64,000 nt of DNA from Mytilus trossulus (Eukaryota), in NCBI RefSeq assembly GCF_036588685.1, contig NC_086375.1, positions 93,310,001 through 93,374,000 on the forward strand, in the 5' to 3' direction. The position numbers and the translations under genes were made by a program. Below are positions 51,370 to 64,000 of the stretch, one piece after another. Every line of letters begins with the position of its first letter. The stretch's first letter is position 1. The notes beneath the pieces are model-generated. The model worked only from the letters and a program-made list of their open reading frames with translations. It was not told the DNA's origin and made no database searches.

Positions 51370-52867
51370 ACTATATTATAATCCTGGTACCTTTGATAAC
51401 TATTTCAAGATTTCGAAACGCTTTTCTACATCTTTTTTTATAACGGAGTTTTAAAACAATAGTAGCAAAAATATGTTTTCGACATAAGCCATTTAGCTCC
51501 ATTCTAAATTGCAGTTTCACACCAACGATGAAGTTTGAAACCCTAATTCAAAATATGTTGGACAAGATTCAAAAATATAAATACTGCTGTCTAAAGAAAT
51601 ATGTGTCATGAAAGTCCGAGAAATGTTGCGGTTTAGATTGGAAATAATTTCATCAAATAATATACTCCAGTAATGGAAACTATGTGTTAAATCGAATAAT
51701 CCTTCCAAGCCTCCATACATTTTAAGACGAATCATATGCGTTTTCTATTATCCATTCGGAAGTAATCAGTCAATAATATGTAAAGCAAATGTAAATATAG
51801 GTAAAGCGTGTCAGCATTGTTGCATGTTTTGTCCTTCAGTATTATGATTGATTTTGATTAATGTCGTGTTCGTCACGTTTGATACACATTTTGTGTATTT
51901 CAATGTACTTTTCCCTAGTTTTATATAAACATATGGCACATTCTTTTTGTATCTGATCGGTTGTATTTGTAATCTATTTATCAATTTGTATTAAAAATTA
52001 AATTATGATTGCATCAGAGAATTGATTTACTGATACTTTTTAATGTACTTATTTTAATCATTCATGTGCACCAATCTTTAACAGGATAATCAGAAAATAA
52101 TTAATCTGCAAATAAAGAATTTAATGGGCATGTATGAATATAAAAATAAGGAATGTTATGATGCATATTTCTGTGACAGACCTCAATTACGGTTAATATA
52201 AACTCATTCTTACAACATTAAAAAGGCTCTACAACAGAAAAACTATTAGGACTACACAGTTGAGAAAGATTAAAATGTTAATTCAACCTTCATAATCATC
52301 AATTAACTAAAAAAAAAATACGTACGAAAGAATCAAATTACTCAACTTTAGCAGTTAACAATTAAAAGGTCTGAAAATTATAAAAGGAAATTGTGTGATG
52401 GGCAATGAGAACGCTTTCAACATGAGACCAATTAGCGTTTGTGTTAGAGACCAACGTTCACAGTACGGGGGCATTACAAGGGCCAACCATGACAAAAGAC
52501 AAATCTTAACATTTAAAACTAGAAAATGAACGTCCTGATTGTGTACGAAAAAATTTACGAAAAACAAATGACAACCAACGAATCACAGGCTCATAACTTT
52601 GACCAGACACATAAAGCATATGGCATGGTCAAGCTTTCACATAATGATTCAACCTCCGTTCAGTGACAGAGTTACTATACCACAACGCCAGATTAAATTG
52701 GTATCATCAGTCGAATAAGGCATCCGACTGATAGAAAGCATAACAAACAACTTATAAAAAGATCAAAGATCACTCACAGCTACTACAAAAAACAGTTTAA
52801 AACCAACTGTAACTTACAAACAAATGTCTGAAATATCAATCAGTACACTACCAATAGATAACGTGTT

Positions 52868-52975
52868 AATGTCTATGACGTGAAGATGTCTATGACGTGC
52901 AGATGTCTATGACGTGCAGATGTCTATGACGTGCAGATGTCTATGACATCTACATGTCTGACGTGAACATGTCTG
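52868..52975. repeat. 17-bp minisatellite, about 6 copies
   Basis: ATGTCTATGACGTGCAG repeats. Confidence 0.85.
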
Positions 52976-54851
52976 TCCTTTTTATCAGACTATTAGGATT
53001 GTTAGGGAGATGATATATTGTCACAGGGGGTTGAGGTAATGTACACAAAAACAACTTCCGATGCACGCATTTTATGTCTGCAGGTAATTGGAAATAGATA
53101 CAATAAGTTTTAGATTCTTTCAAAAAATTTCATAATAAAATTACTATCAATAAATCTTAAATATATATTCCAAACACAAGCAACAACAAATGTAGGGTTT
53201 AATGCGCTTCAAATTTGAGAACTTCCGATATGTCTATGCCATCTACGACTTTAAAAATAAAAATAAATAAACCGTCTATGTTTCACCTTATCAATAAAAA
53301 CTTTAAAACATATGAAATTTGATAATTTGAGTAAAATCTACAGTCTATACTTTAGATACGCACTCACTTTTTGTATACAGTTAATTGTAGATTCAAAAGA
53401 AATATCTTTAACAGTGGTCCAATTTTAGGATAATACAAAATATGTTTTTTATTTTATTAAATATCGTTAAAAGACACTTTAATAAGTTTTTTTTTAAGCT
53501 AGCCTTTTTTTCAACTATTGCACTTTTTGGTATGTTAATTTTTATGGAGAGATAAAAGCATAAATTTAATTATGATAATTTCGCGTTAATGGATGTTTTT
53601 GTCTTTAAATCTGTTTCAGGTATAAGCTTTTAAAGAATTGTTGCTAAATTGTCTACTTAAAGAAGGGGTCAATAGTCAAATGAGGAATTCAGCTCGAGTT
53701 TGTGCTTGATATTGAAAGTGGTTTGTACAAAAAAATATATAACAGTTGCCATATAAATATTAAGCGATTATATTTAAATGAGAGTGTTTCTTTGTTTATT
53801 TTTTCGTTAATTTATTATCAGACAATATGTTGATTGTTAAAATTTATATGTGTGCTGTATTTTTATCTTGTACGAACATTGTCATTATTGTGTACATTTT
53901 AATAGTATGTGTATTAACTCTCTATATAGCAAATAATTATTATACAGTTTTGTTTGCTTCTATTATGATCAACACACATTAAAAATTTAAACATAATTGA
54001 ATACGAGGCCAGGTATTTAAAAGTGTGAGTGACGTTAAAAGGTAGGTCGTTATTTATGATATTTTTATATTTATGATAAAAAAAAAGTTGTCTTGGGTAG
54101 ATTAAACAATCATTTATCGATTCCTTCTAATTTTTATTCCAGGATCTTTTCGAATAAAAAAAAAACGTAAGTGGAATACTGCTATGAGAAACAAAATCCC
54201 GAGATAAATCGAATTATAAACCTTTATGAGACACAAAAATCAATTCTGATTCACGCATCATTTCATAGCAATAATTATAACATAATGGGTTGTCATCGTT
54301 TCACACAACAAGGGAAGCTTGTAAATGATACTAGACGCCGTTTGCCTTTGTATGTATCTTGTGTAGTTATTTCTTCTAGCTAATTACTGAACCCTGAGCA
54401 TTGTTAATGAGCTTGGAGACAAATATTTTGAGCCTGGAGACAAATTGAAGTTGAATCTGGTATGATTATCATCGGTAGAGTAACATCATTCGTAAATAAT
54501 GATCAACATGTATAAATATTTTACGTTCAAGTATTTCACATTAATCTAGCTGTTATGGCAATATTTTTAACAATCTCGGCATGCGCCTCTAAACCCCACC
54601 ATACCCTTAATCAAACTTATTTAGAAGTACTGTCGTTAGAATTTACATATTTTGGGATTGATATTGACTTCCTCATAAATAATATCGGGTTATTGCATGA
54701 ACATTGGGGAATATTGTCCCGAGTAGAATTTTATATTGCACGAGCTTGCGAGTGCAATATATGTTCTACGAGGGACAATATTTCCCAATATTCATGCAAT
54801 AACCCTTTTATTGTATAGCAATATAATATTTGAAAGTAAAAATTGGTTTAA

Positions 54852-55448
54852 GGGCATACGATACAGTTACAGGGAAGTTAATGACGTTTGCTAACGTAAT
54901 TTGTTCTTTTCGCGACGTCAAACTGTGTCATATCGGGAAAAGATTCATTTTTCGACTGATTTTTATCATTCAAACTGATTTAATTTGAAAACGAGTTCAT
55001 GGACCTCTATTATCAAAACGGCATTTTGTTTCATTTTGCAGGGAGATTATGTGACCCAAAATTTATAAAACTGTAAATAGAGGATTTTTTTTTAATTTTG
55101 ATAAACATGCAGTAAAAAATGACGTTTTTTCCTTATAAATATGCGTTATTTCTGATTAAAAAATTGCATATTTTTTTAGGATATTTATAAAATACAGAAA
55201 TTACCGATTATCTAACAATAAACAATTTGTGTTTATCTTTTATGACAAAAAAGTTATGTCTTTCTTTCGAAAAAAGAAATAACGGCCACAAATCTGAATT
55301 TTGAGCAAATATACAAAATTTCGACCTCATTTTACTCAAAAAGTAGCACATGAAGGTATTTTTTTTATAACATATTTGATTTAATCAGGTAAACAATAGC
55401 CTTTGTGCAAATTTTCATGAACTAGAATCAAAACTGTATCGTATGCCC
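54852..55448. mobile_element. TTAA-flanked non-autonomous DNA transposon (Kolobok-like), nested in an older palindrome-bearing repeat (~54690-55585)
   Basis: Perfect 17-bp TIR GGGCATACGATACAGTT, TTAA TSD. Confidence 0.8.
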
Positions 55449-56812
55449 TTAAACTAAGATTTAAAAGTTGATGACGTCATGAATTTCGAAGATTTATTGC
55501 ACTAGTGCAATATTAGAATTTATTGCACGCTAACTTTTGGTTACGTTCTGTGGGAAATATTATATTGCTATACAATAATATATATTACAAGATGTAATAT
55601 TAGTACCAGTTAGACAAACCACCATCAAAGTCTCAATGTATGAAAACCTTATAACTATAAGTCAAAGTACGGCTTGAACACAGGGCCTTGGCTCACACAA
55701 ACAAGCAAACTATTCAGAACACCAAAAATAATTAGTAAAAAAACAATTTAAACAAAGCAACCAACGGTCCCACGAATATATAAAAGGAGAAACATGAAAC
55801 AATTTTGAGACACACCAACACATTTCTGACTTAGGAGGGGTGCATAAAATGAAGCGGATTGATATGTTTTAACAGGCGCCAAACTTTACACTAACCTGTG
55901 CTTGATTTGAAGATAATGAAGGCATTACTTTTTCAATGAATTTAATTGAAGTCTTTAGCTAGCATGTCAGTTACTGATGCAAGCCCTTGTTCTTCTTCTT
56001 CTTTCAATACTCAGTAGGACTCTTCTTCTAGAGTGTATACTGACTCTTGCTCGTATAACCATGCTGCCTTTTCTCCTCCACTATCAAAACAAGCAGTCAC
56101 TATTTACAGAAATAATTATTTACAAATTAAAACTATATGCATCTTGGATATAATAAGTTATATGTGTTAAAAGCTCCTATCAAGGTATCTGGTAGGATGG
56201 TTAGGCTGGCCCTCAACTCTTCTAGTGTAGCTGATGTTGTGGCTTTATCCTTTCAATTGCTGGTTGATCTTTGGGAGAAGGAGTACCTGTACTATTCTTT
56301 TTATGTTTCATTATCATTTTGCTTAGTTTCTTCTGTTACCTTTTCTGGCATAGGATTCGGACTTCGTTTAAACTGAGTTTTATCGTTCGTATTGCTGTGT
56401 TTGTTAATTTTACATTTGCTAGATATATAGATATCTCAAAAACATCTTTAACCACGCCGCATTTTTGCGTATTATATAGGGATAGCTATAGTGGTACCAT
56501 CTTAAATTTACTGTAGACGGCTTATTCACTCGAGCGATGTGAAGATCAACGTTGATATGTCAGATCTACTCTTATTGGAACTACAACAATAGAAAATCGC
56601 GACAATATATTGCCCCAAAATAGAGTAAAACTGGTTAAACCCGGAAAAATAATATCGACGAATATATTTGTTTATCAATATTTCCATCATACACAACAAG
56701 AATCATAGAACTGAACTATGCCCCTAATGGACTCAACCATGACACCGAATCTTAAGTTGCTTTCTCCTTTTTCAATTGCTTCCCACATTTGCTGACCTTT
56801 GTCGTGATCAAC

Positions 56813-56927
56813 CAATCTTGTAGAACTTACCTATCAAAATCAATCTTGTAGAACTTACCTATCAAAATCAATCTTGTAGAACTTACCTATCAAAGTCAAT
56901 CTTGTAGAACTTACCTATCAAAATCAA
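56813..56927. repeat. 28-bp tandem repeat, 4 copies
   Basis: CAATCTTGTAGAACTTACCTATCAAAAT units. Confidence 0.9.
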
Positions 56928-58631
56928 GGTTTATTTTTTTCGTTCCTAATATGTAACAAAAGTTATAAACCACAAAAATAATGAACTCCAAGTTAAATTT
57001 TTTTTTATTATAATTCTTATCTTGTTTTCGATTTTTAACTGATGATTATTTTAAGACATATACAAGTATCACAAAAAATGAATAATATAGTAACCTAAAA
57101 ATAGTACCATTATTGTTTTGCTAATGAAACAATTGGAAATGTCTTCATATATCAAGTTTTCTTTTATAAATAAATGAAAAAGCATGCGAATACAACAAGA
57201 CTAACAATTATTAAAATTCAAATGATTCTCTCACAATGTCGGATTTCTTTTATGTTGCCATTTTTTTCAAACGATAAATAACTTTGTTTGAAGTTTAAAT
57301 TTGTTAGAGATACATAAAGTACTGGTACCTTATTCCAACCTCGTTAACGTTAGTAAATAGCATATCAGTGGTAAGGCTAGTACTCGTTAATGCACAATAT
57401 ATATATAATGATTTGGCTATTAAAATTATGCAACTGAATAATATAAAATTTTATAAATTCTAGTCCAAGAAAATGATTTATTTTTTTCTGCAAACAAACT
57501 TTGGAAGTTTTCACAATTGCCTTCTTTATTTATCAATGTTTCGTACAGTTTAAGAAATTCCTTTTTGAAATTTGCAAACACATTCTGTTTAGTGTACTTA
57601 CATTCTAGTTTAGCCCTTATTTTTCCCAAATAAAAAAATCATCTTACATAGAAAACATTTGTAGTCCTTATATATCACTGTCTCATCTCTGTTGTAGATG
57701 TCCCTTTCAATAATTGAGATCCTTCTAAATTCTGCACAGAACTCATCTTATGATGGAACATACCCGGACTCGAGGTAAGAAGTGTTAAACAGATATTTCA
57801 TAACTCATCTTTTGATGCAATATATCTATGATTTATAATACTTAGAATCAAGAACTAATAGGTTGGTGTGGGCAAACCCCGAAAAATTTCTTTCGGTATT
57901 TGAAAGTTTGGGTTGTCATTCAAACGTTTTAGCAAAATATGGTTTTAATTAGTTATTCTACAAACACTGAAAGAAATAAGATATAAGGTATCGTCCAAAG
58001 TAAATGTAATAGTCCAGTACACAGTATAAATATGATGCACTGTATAAAAAGGGTTTCTTAATCAATATTTAACTCGTAAATTAGAAGAAATAGGTGATTA
58101 TTGAATTAACTTATCAAATAGAAACACAGCACGTATTTTTCTGCGTATCAGAATACAGTTACAGAAAGTAGTTTGGTATATAATATGACACTTGGTAATA
58201 GGTGAATAGCTAGAGCACATAGGCGACCATAAAATATAGTGCATACGTTAACCATGATTCAGAGAATGTACTGAACTGATCACTGCACGACACATACTGG
58301 CTGTGCAAAGCCAGGAATACGTCTTCAAATTGATAGCGGGAGGCAAAGGCACAACTAACAAGTAAACGATAAATATTGAAGAAATAGTGGATCTTCCAAT
58401 ATCCAGGTTAAAACTCAGCAGCCACTACACCGAGTACGTGACAAATAAATACATTGAATTAGTGCAGCACATTTGATTCTCTCTGAATAAAATTCCATTT
58501 AAAATGTAAGTGTTGTCAGTTTAGAATTTCTCACCCTAATCTTCATACAAAAATTAACTGCAGCTTTTTTTCAGACTTATAAATCGCCATCTGTGTCTGA
58601 GCTAAAAATAAATGAATGAAAGTAATGTCGA

Positions 58632-59929
58632 AGGACGTATCATCGGAAAGTATATATTCTCACCATGTTGTTAATTGTATTCATGTATTTATATCTACCT
58701 AACAGGACGTATCATCGGAAAGTATATGTTCTCACCATGTTGTTTCTGTTCATTGTATTCATGTATTTATATCTACCTAACATGACGTATCATCGGAAAG
58801 TATATGTTCTCACCATGTTGTTTCTGTTCATTGTATTCATGTATTTATATCTACCTAACAGGACGTATCATTGGAAAGTATATGTTCTCACCATGTTGTT
58901 TCTGTTCATTGTATTCATGTATTTATATCTACCTAACAGGACGTATCATCGGAAAGTATATGTTCTCACCATGTTGTTTCTGTTCATTGTATTCATGTAT
59001 TTATATCTACCTAACAGGACGTATCATCGGAAAGTATATGTTCTCACCATGTTGTTTCTGTTAATTGTATTCATGTATTTATATCTACCTAACAGGACGT
59101 ATCATCGGAAAGTATATGTTCTCACCATGTTGTTTCTGTTCATTGTATTCATGTATTTATATCTACCTAACAGGACGTATCATCGGAAAGTATATGTTCT
59201 CACCATGTTGTTTCTGTAGGACGTATCATCGGAAAGTATAGGTTCTCACCATGTTGTTTCTGTAGGACGTATCATCGGAAAGTATAGGTTCTCACCATGT
59301 TGTTTCTGTAGGACGTATCATCGGAAAGTATAGGTTCTCACCATGTTGTTTCTGTAGGACGTATCATCGGAAAGTATAGGTTCTCACCATGTTGTTTCTG
59401 TAGGACGTATCATAGGAAAGTATAGGTTCTCACCATGTTGTTTCTGTAGGACGTATCATCGGAAAGTATAGGTTCTCACCATGTTGTTTCTGAAGGACGT
59501 ATCATCGGAAAGTATAGGTTCTCACCATGTTGTTTCTGTAGGACGTATCATCAGAAAGTATATGTTCTCACCATATTGTTTCTGTTCATTGTATTCATGT
59601 ATTTATATCTACCTAACAGGACGTATCATCGGAAAGTATATGTTCTCACCATGTTGTTTCTGTTCATTGTATTCATGTATTTATATCTACCTAACAGGAC
59701 GTATCATCGGAAAGTATATGTTCTCACCATGTTGTTTCTGTTAATTGTATTCATGTATTTATATCTACCTAACAGGACGTATCATCGGAAAGTATATGTT
59801 CTCACCATGTTGTTTCTGTTCATTGTATTCATGTATTTATATCTACCTAACAGGACGTATCATCGGAAAGTATAGGTTCTCACCATGTTGTTTCTGTTAA
59901 TTGTATTCATGTATTTATATCTACCTAAC
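58632..59929. repeat. Satellite array: 72-bp unit, 6x78-bp, 8x46-bp, 5x78-bp
   Basis: Units start at AGGACGTATCATCGGAAAG; the 46-mer is the 78-mer without its last 32 bp. Confidence 0.95.
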
Positions 59930-62504
59930 TTCAAATGTATCAAAAAGTGTATACTTTCTAAGGTGTGAACTTTCAACAACGAAAACCTTTGTATCTGCTT
60001 TTTTTTTATTTTTACTATTCATTTAATTAAAACTTATTTGTTGGCGTATTTGCTAGATTTATTTGTATAGTTGTTTGAATGTGGTGATTTTCTGTCATGT
60101 CTGTTTACACAGTTTAAGCTGCTGAATGCGAGTTATTGTCATATTAACTTATTATGTATATTAGGATTGCTCATTCAATTTTTCATCAACACAGATAAAT
60201 ATAAGCGCTTTTTTTTATGTTTCCGAATCCTATTTTAGATTTGTATGAGATGTATTTGTTTTATAATGAAATATTGTTTACACTTAATTGCCAATCTGAA
60301 CACATTTTACATTTTTCCTCTTATAGTTGATGTGTTTACCTCAGTTTTAGTTTGTAACCCGGGTTTGTTTGTTTTTCTCAATCGATTTATAAATTTCGAA
60401 CAGTGGTATACTACAGTTGCATATATTTATTTCATTTACAGTACAGGTTGTGCAGCGTATGATGACCTTAGTTCTGATTCTGAGTATTTATTTTATCAGT
60501 TAATGGTAATACCATCGGTAGGTACAGCGAACAATGACCTTAGTTCTAATTCAGTGTATTCATTTTATCAATCAATAGTTATACCATCAGTAAGTAAAGC
60601 GAGCAATTACCTTAGTTTAGAGTATCTTTTTTATAAGTTACCGTTTTGAGATGAATTTGTATTGTTCTCATATATATGATAAGTTTTTCATTTATTAGAA
60701 AAACTTCTTTATTTTCATAGCTTCTGTGAAATATTATGACATTCAAGGTGTAAAAACAAACATAGTATTCTCGACTTATGTTATGATATCTCATAAATCT
60801 GACTTTGAACAGACACATGTGAATCGCAAATAAAAACATATCCTGCTAAACCTGTATCATCCGTGTCGTATTTTCAAGTCTTAGCCAATTACTACGACAA
60901 ACAATGAATCATAGAAGTGTGGAAAGTTATCCAGTTGTATGGTATGGATTTTGATTTTAACATAATCATATACAGTAAAACAACTACACAGGAGACATTT
61001 ATCACATAATCTGTGCCTGTTGATTACAGGGAACATTTTGAATTTTTGTCTGCGTTGTGACATTTCTTTACCCGAATATTTTATGACAGTGAATTTACTT
61101 TAATTATGTAAAGCGAAAAATCCAATCTTTTCTTTCAATATTGGAACTATTTTGTGAATCGTTTTCTTATATCCTATAGTTTCCATTGCATTTACTTGAC
61201 ATCCCAATCAATTTTAAATGACTGATGTCAATATATATCTTTAGGTTCTAGAGTTCATACTATTGTCCTTCATGATTACAAGACAAACGAAATGGCTAGA
61301 CAAATGTTGGTCAAGACCTGGTATATTGTAGTAAGTATCTGGAAGATAAATGTTGGTCAATACTAGATATACTGGAGTAAGTTATATGGTAAAATAATTG
61401 TTGGTAAGAACAGGGTTTACTATAGTAAGTTTTAATAGTAAGTCTATTGGGACAAATGATGGTCAGGACAAGAGATAAATAAACAGATGTTAATAAATAA
61501 AGATCCCCGAACGGCCTTTAACAATGAGTAAAACTCATACCACAAAGTAACAGATAGGACGTTGAAAGGTATTTAAAACATCCATATTACAAAACAGACA
61601 TAGATGTGCCCGCAAATACTGGCAGCTACATGTAGTTCAAAGCCAATAATAACAAAGTACAAATCATGGAACTAGGACTTAAGTAACAATACACAAACAT
61701 CCACCATCCAATGGATTTAGTGTGAAGGCGTCATTAAAGGTCAGAAAGAAAAACAAGTGACCTTTTGCAATACCAAAATACAGGTATCGACAGATTGTAG
61801 AATGTATATAAAAATAGTATTAATTTAGTTTTAATTAACTGGTAACAACATCAATGTGTATATCTATAGAAATAATATAGAAAGATATAATTACATTGCA
61901 AAAATTGTTAACCTTTACGGAGAAGTTTTTTCAGAAGATAGATTAGTTTACCCGGATCGTTTAAAAATTTCAGGACTCGGAAAACAGCATCTTTGAAAAA
62001 TCAAGGCTGAGCTTCCCCGATTGAAATAAGTTTTCATCAGACACAAATCTGCTGTCAAAACGAACATTGCAGAAATGTTTGCACTATTTTGAAGAAGAAA
62101 AAACTAACTCAATATTTTTAATATATCATGTTTTTCCTTCAATGCAATGTCCTACATCTTGTTATAATATTCTGTGAATTTGTATTTCCTTTCCGTTGCA
62201 GCCCAATGGATATATACGAAATGAATAACAGACTATCCTTTATCGCTGCATTTGGTGCTATTTCCTTTCTGTTCTATGAAGTTATATTGAACAGTAGATA
62301 TATCTTCCCTTTTACTGGACATGTGGGTGTACGATGTAAGTTTCATCTATCAACGTATCTTTATTTATATATAATACAACACAAAAATTAATATAAACCG
62401 TAGGAGTAAATATGTCGAATTACAGTTATCCTTCATCAGTTTCATGGAAAATGTCACTACAAAAGTAAAAAAGTCTGAAAAGACCAGTTTTTGTCTGAAT
62501 TTGC

Positions 62505-62850
62505 ATGAACTTTTACTCGACATTCTCAAGTTGTCTTAATAACTTTTAAAAATTCTTGACATAGTATGAATGTGTCTTATAAGATTCTTGATTTTTCTTG
62601 ACAAGTGTCTTGACAGTATGAACATTGTCTTAAAACTTCTCGACACTTCCTGTATCATCTGATAAGAGTCTAGATTAGTCTCGACCAATTCTTGACTGTC
62701 TTGAATTTGTCTCGATCTGTCTTGACATATTCTTGACATTCTTAATAATGTCTGATTATGTCTTGACATATTCTTGACATTCTAGATAATGTCTGAATAT
62801 GTCTCGACACATTCTTGACAGTCTTAAATATGATTTGTCACTATCTCAAC
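62505..62850. repeat. Degenerate low-complexity array of TCTTGAC/TCTCGAC motifs
   Basis: Repeated short motif, possibly a transposon subterminal region. Confidence 0.5.
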
Positions 62851-64000
62851 AGTATAAATTTGGTCTTAAAATGTGAACAGACTTATTCTGCACTGTTTAT
62901 GACATTCTATTGCTGTTATATACTTTTTATGACTAATCTAAACTTTGATTAATTTGGTATAGTAAGATATCCTTTTGGTGTAACTAAGTTGGAATACCCT
63001 GAATAATCCTCGATGTAATTTGAATATGATTCATTTTTATTAAACGTTTAAATAATTGTTTTCACTAGGAATATATTAAGTTAAAATTACTGACAAACAA
63101 CATTTAGATTTTTGCCGTTTGCAAAACTGCCAGTCAAATTTGCTTTACTAAAATAGGTGTCTTGTAGGCAGTTTCAAAATGTGACCATGTGTATCTTTTG
63201 GGTGTTGAATTTTATAATTTTTTAACAAAAATAAATATTTGGGATAACTCCTTCAGGAAAAGATTTTTTTTTAGATCTATATTATGCATGTCTGTTTGAG
63301 ATCCATTTCACAATGATTTGTATAGAAAATGGACCCACTATAAATACTATTTTTTATAATTCCTGGAGTTGATAATACTCTTCTTTTAATCTTTGGGAAA
63401 TATTCAAATTTTGTTTATGTTTAAATAATTAATTTTATAATTTGGATGAAGAAAATAAATTTTAGTTAATTTGTTTTCCTCATCAAAATAATGATTTTCA
63501 TTTTTATGTATGAACAAACTTTTTAAATTGTAATGGCATGGTCGGTCGGGGTTGGTTAACTGATAAGTTGTATGGCTTATTACAGGTAAAGCAGTAATTT
63601 CCATTGTACAGTTGTGTTTACTCTTGGGTGTGGAATACCTTAATTTTATGGGGAACATCCTGTCCATGTGTAATACTTCTGTTAAATTAATGATTTGTAT
63701 ATCATCATAATTTGCTATTTATATAAACCACATTTTGGTACAATAATTATTAACCATATAAACATTGAATATTATGAATATAGAATTAATTATGTCTACA
63801 GTATGATTGGTTTTAATCATTTAATTTATAAGATTTAGGACTCAAAATTTGTAGTTATTTAAAACCCCAATTTTAAATTGTTTTATATCAACACCAACAT
63901 TTAAATTATTTCATACATAAGATTTCATAGCCATCATAATTTGCATTTGTAAAATATTTATATACCAAAATTTTCAATGATATCCATGCCCAACTTTTTC

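Noticed and set aside
58665-59875. Long hydrophobic repetitive ORFs (184 aa and others)
   Set aside because: Artefact of a 78-bp (26-codon) satellite monomer that lacks stops in some frames.
58632-59929. CRISPR-like appearance of the regular repeats
   Set aside because: No unique spacers, eukaryotic context, no cas genes.

Overview
AT-rich, repeat-dense eukaryotic genomic DNA. The repeat families resemble those of bivalve molluscs, most likely Mytilus (inferred from recognition, not a search). The window is dominated by one multi-exon minus-strand gene for a secreted thioester-containing protein (TEP/CD109-like, alpha-2-macroglobulin family). I reconstructed it by hand from the ATG at 47446 through 26 phase-consistent GT-AG exon positions (about 1030 codons) until it runs off the window at position 1; the GCGEQ thioester motif (7116-7130) is intact. 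The most striking feature is a cluster of three tandem cassette exons covering the hypervariable bait region (17520-17715, 17396-17441, 17104-17224). All three start in phase 1 and end in phase 2, so including any two frameshifts the protein. They offer a Gly-rich bait, an almost baitless 46-nt version and an Ala/Trp/basic bait. Several other exons have decayed tandem copies of their 3' end plus splice donor. Introns and the upstream flank hold minimal type I hammerhead ribozyme repeats (all antisense to the gene), a Penelope-like relic with an N-terminal GIY-YIG domain, nested TIR transposons with 8-bp and 6-bp TSDs, a 96-bp palindromic MITE, a Helentron-like HINE, a truncated LINE RT and a 78/46-bp satellite. 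Most entries in the ORF track are spurious.
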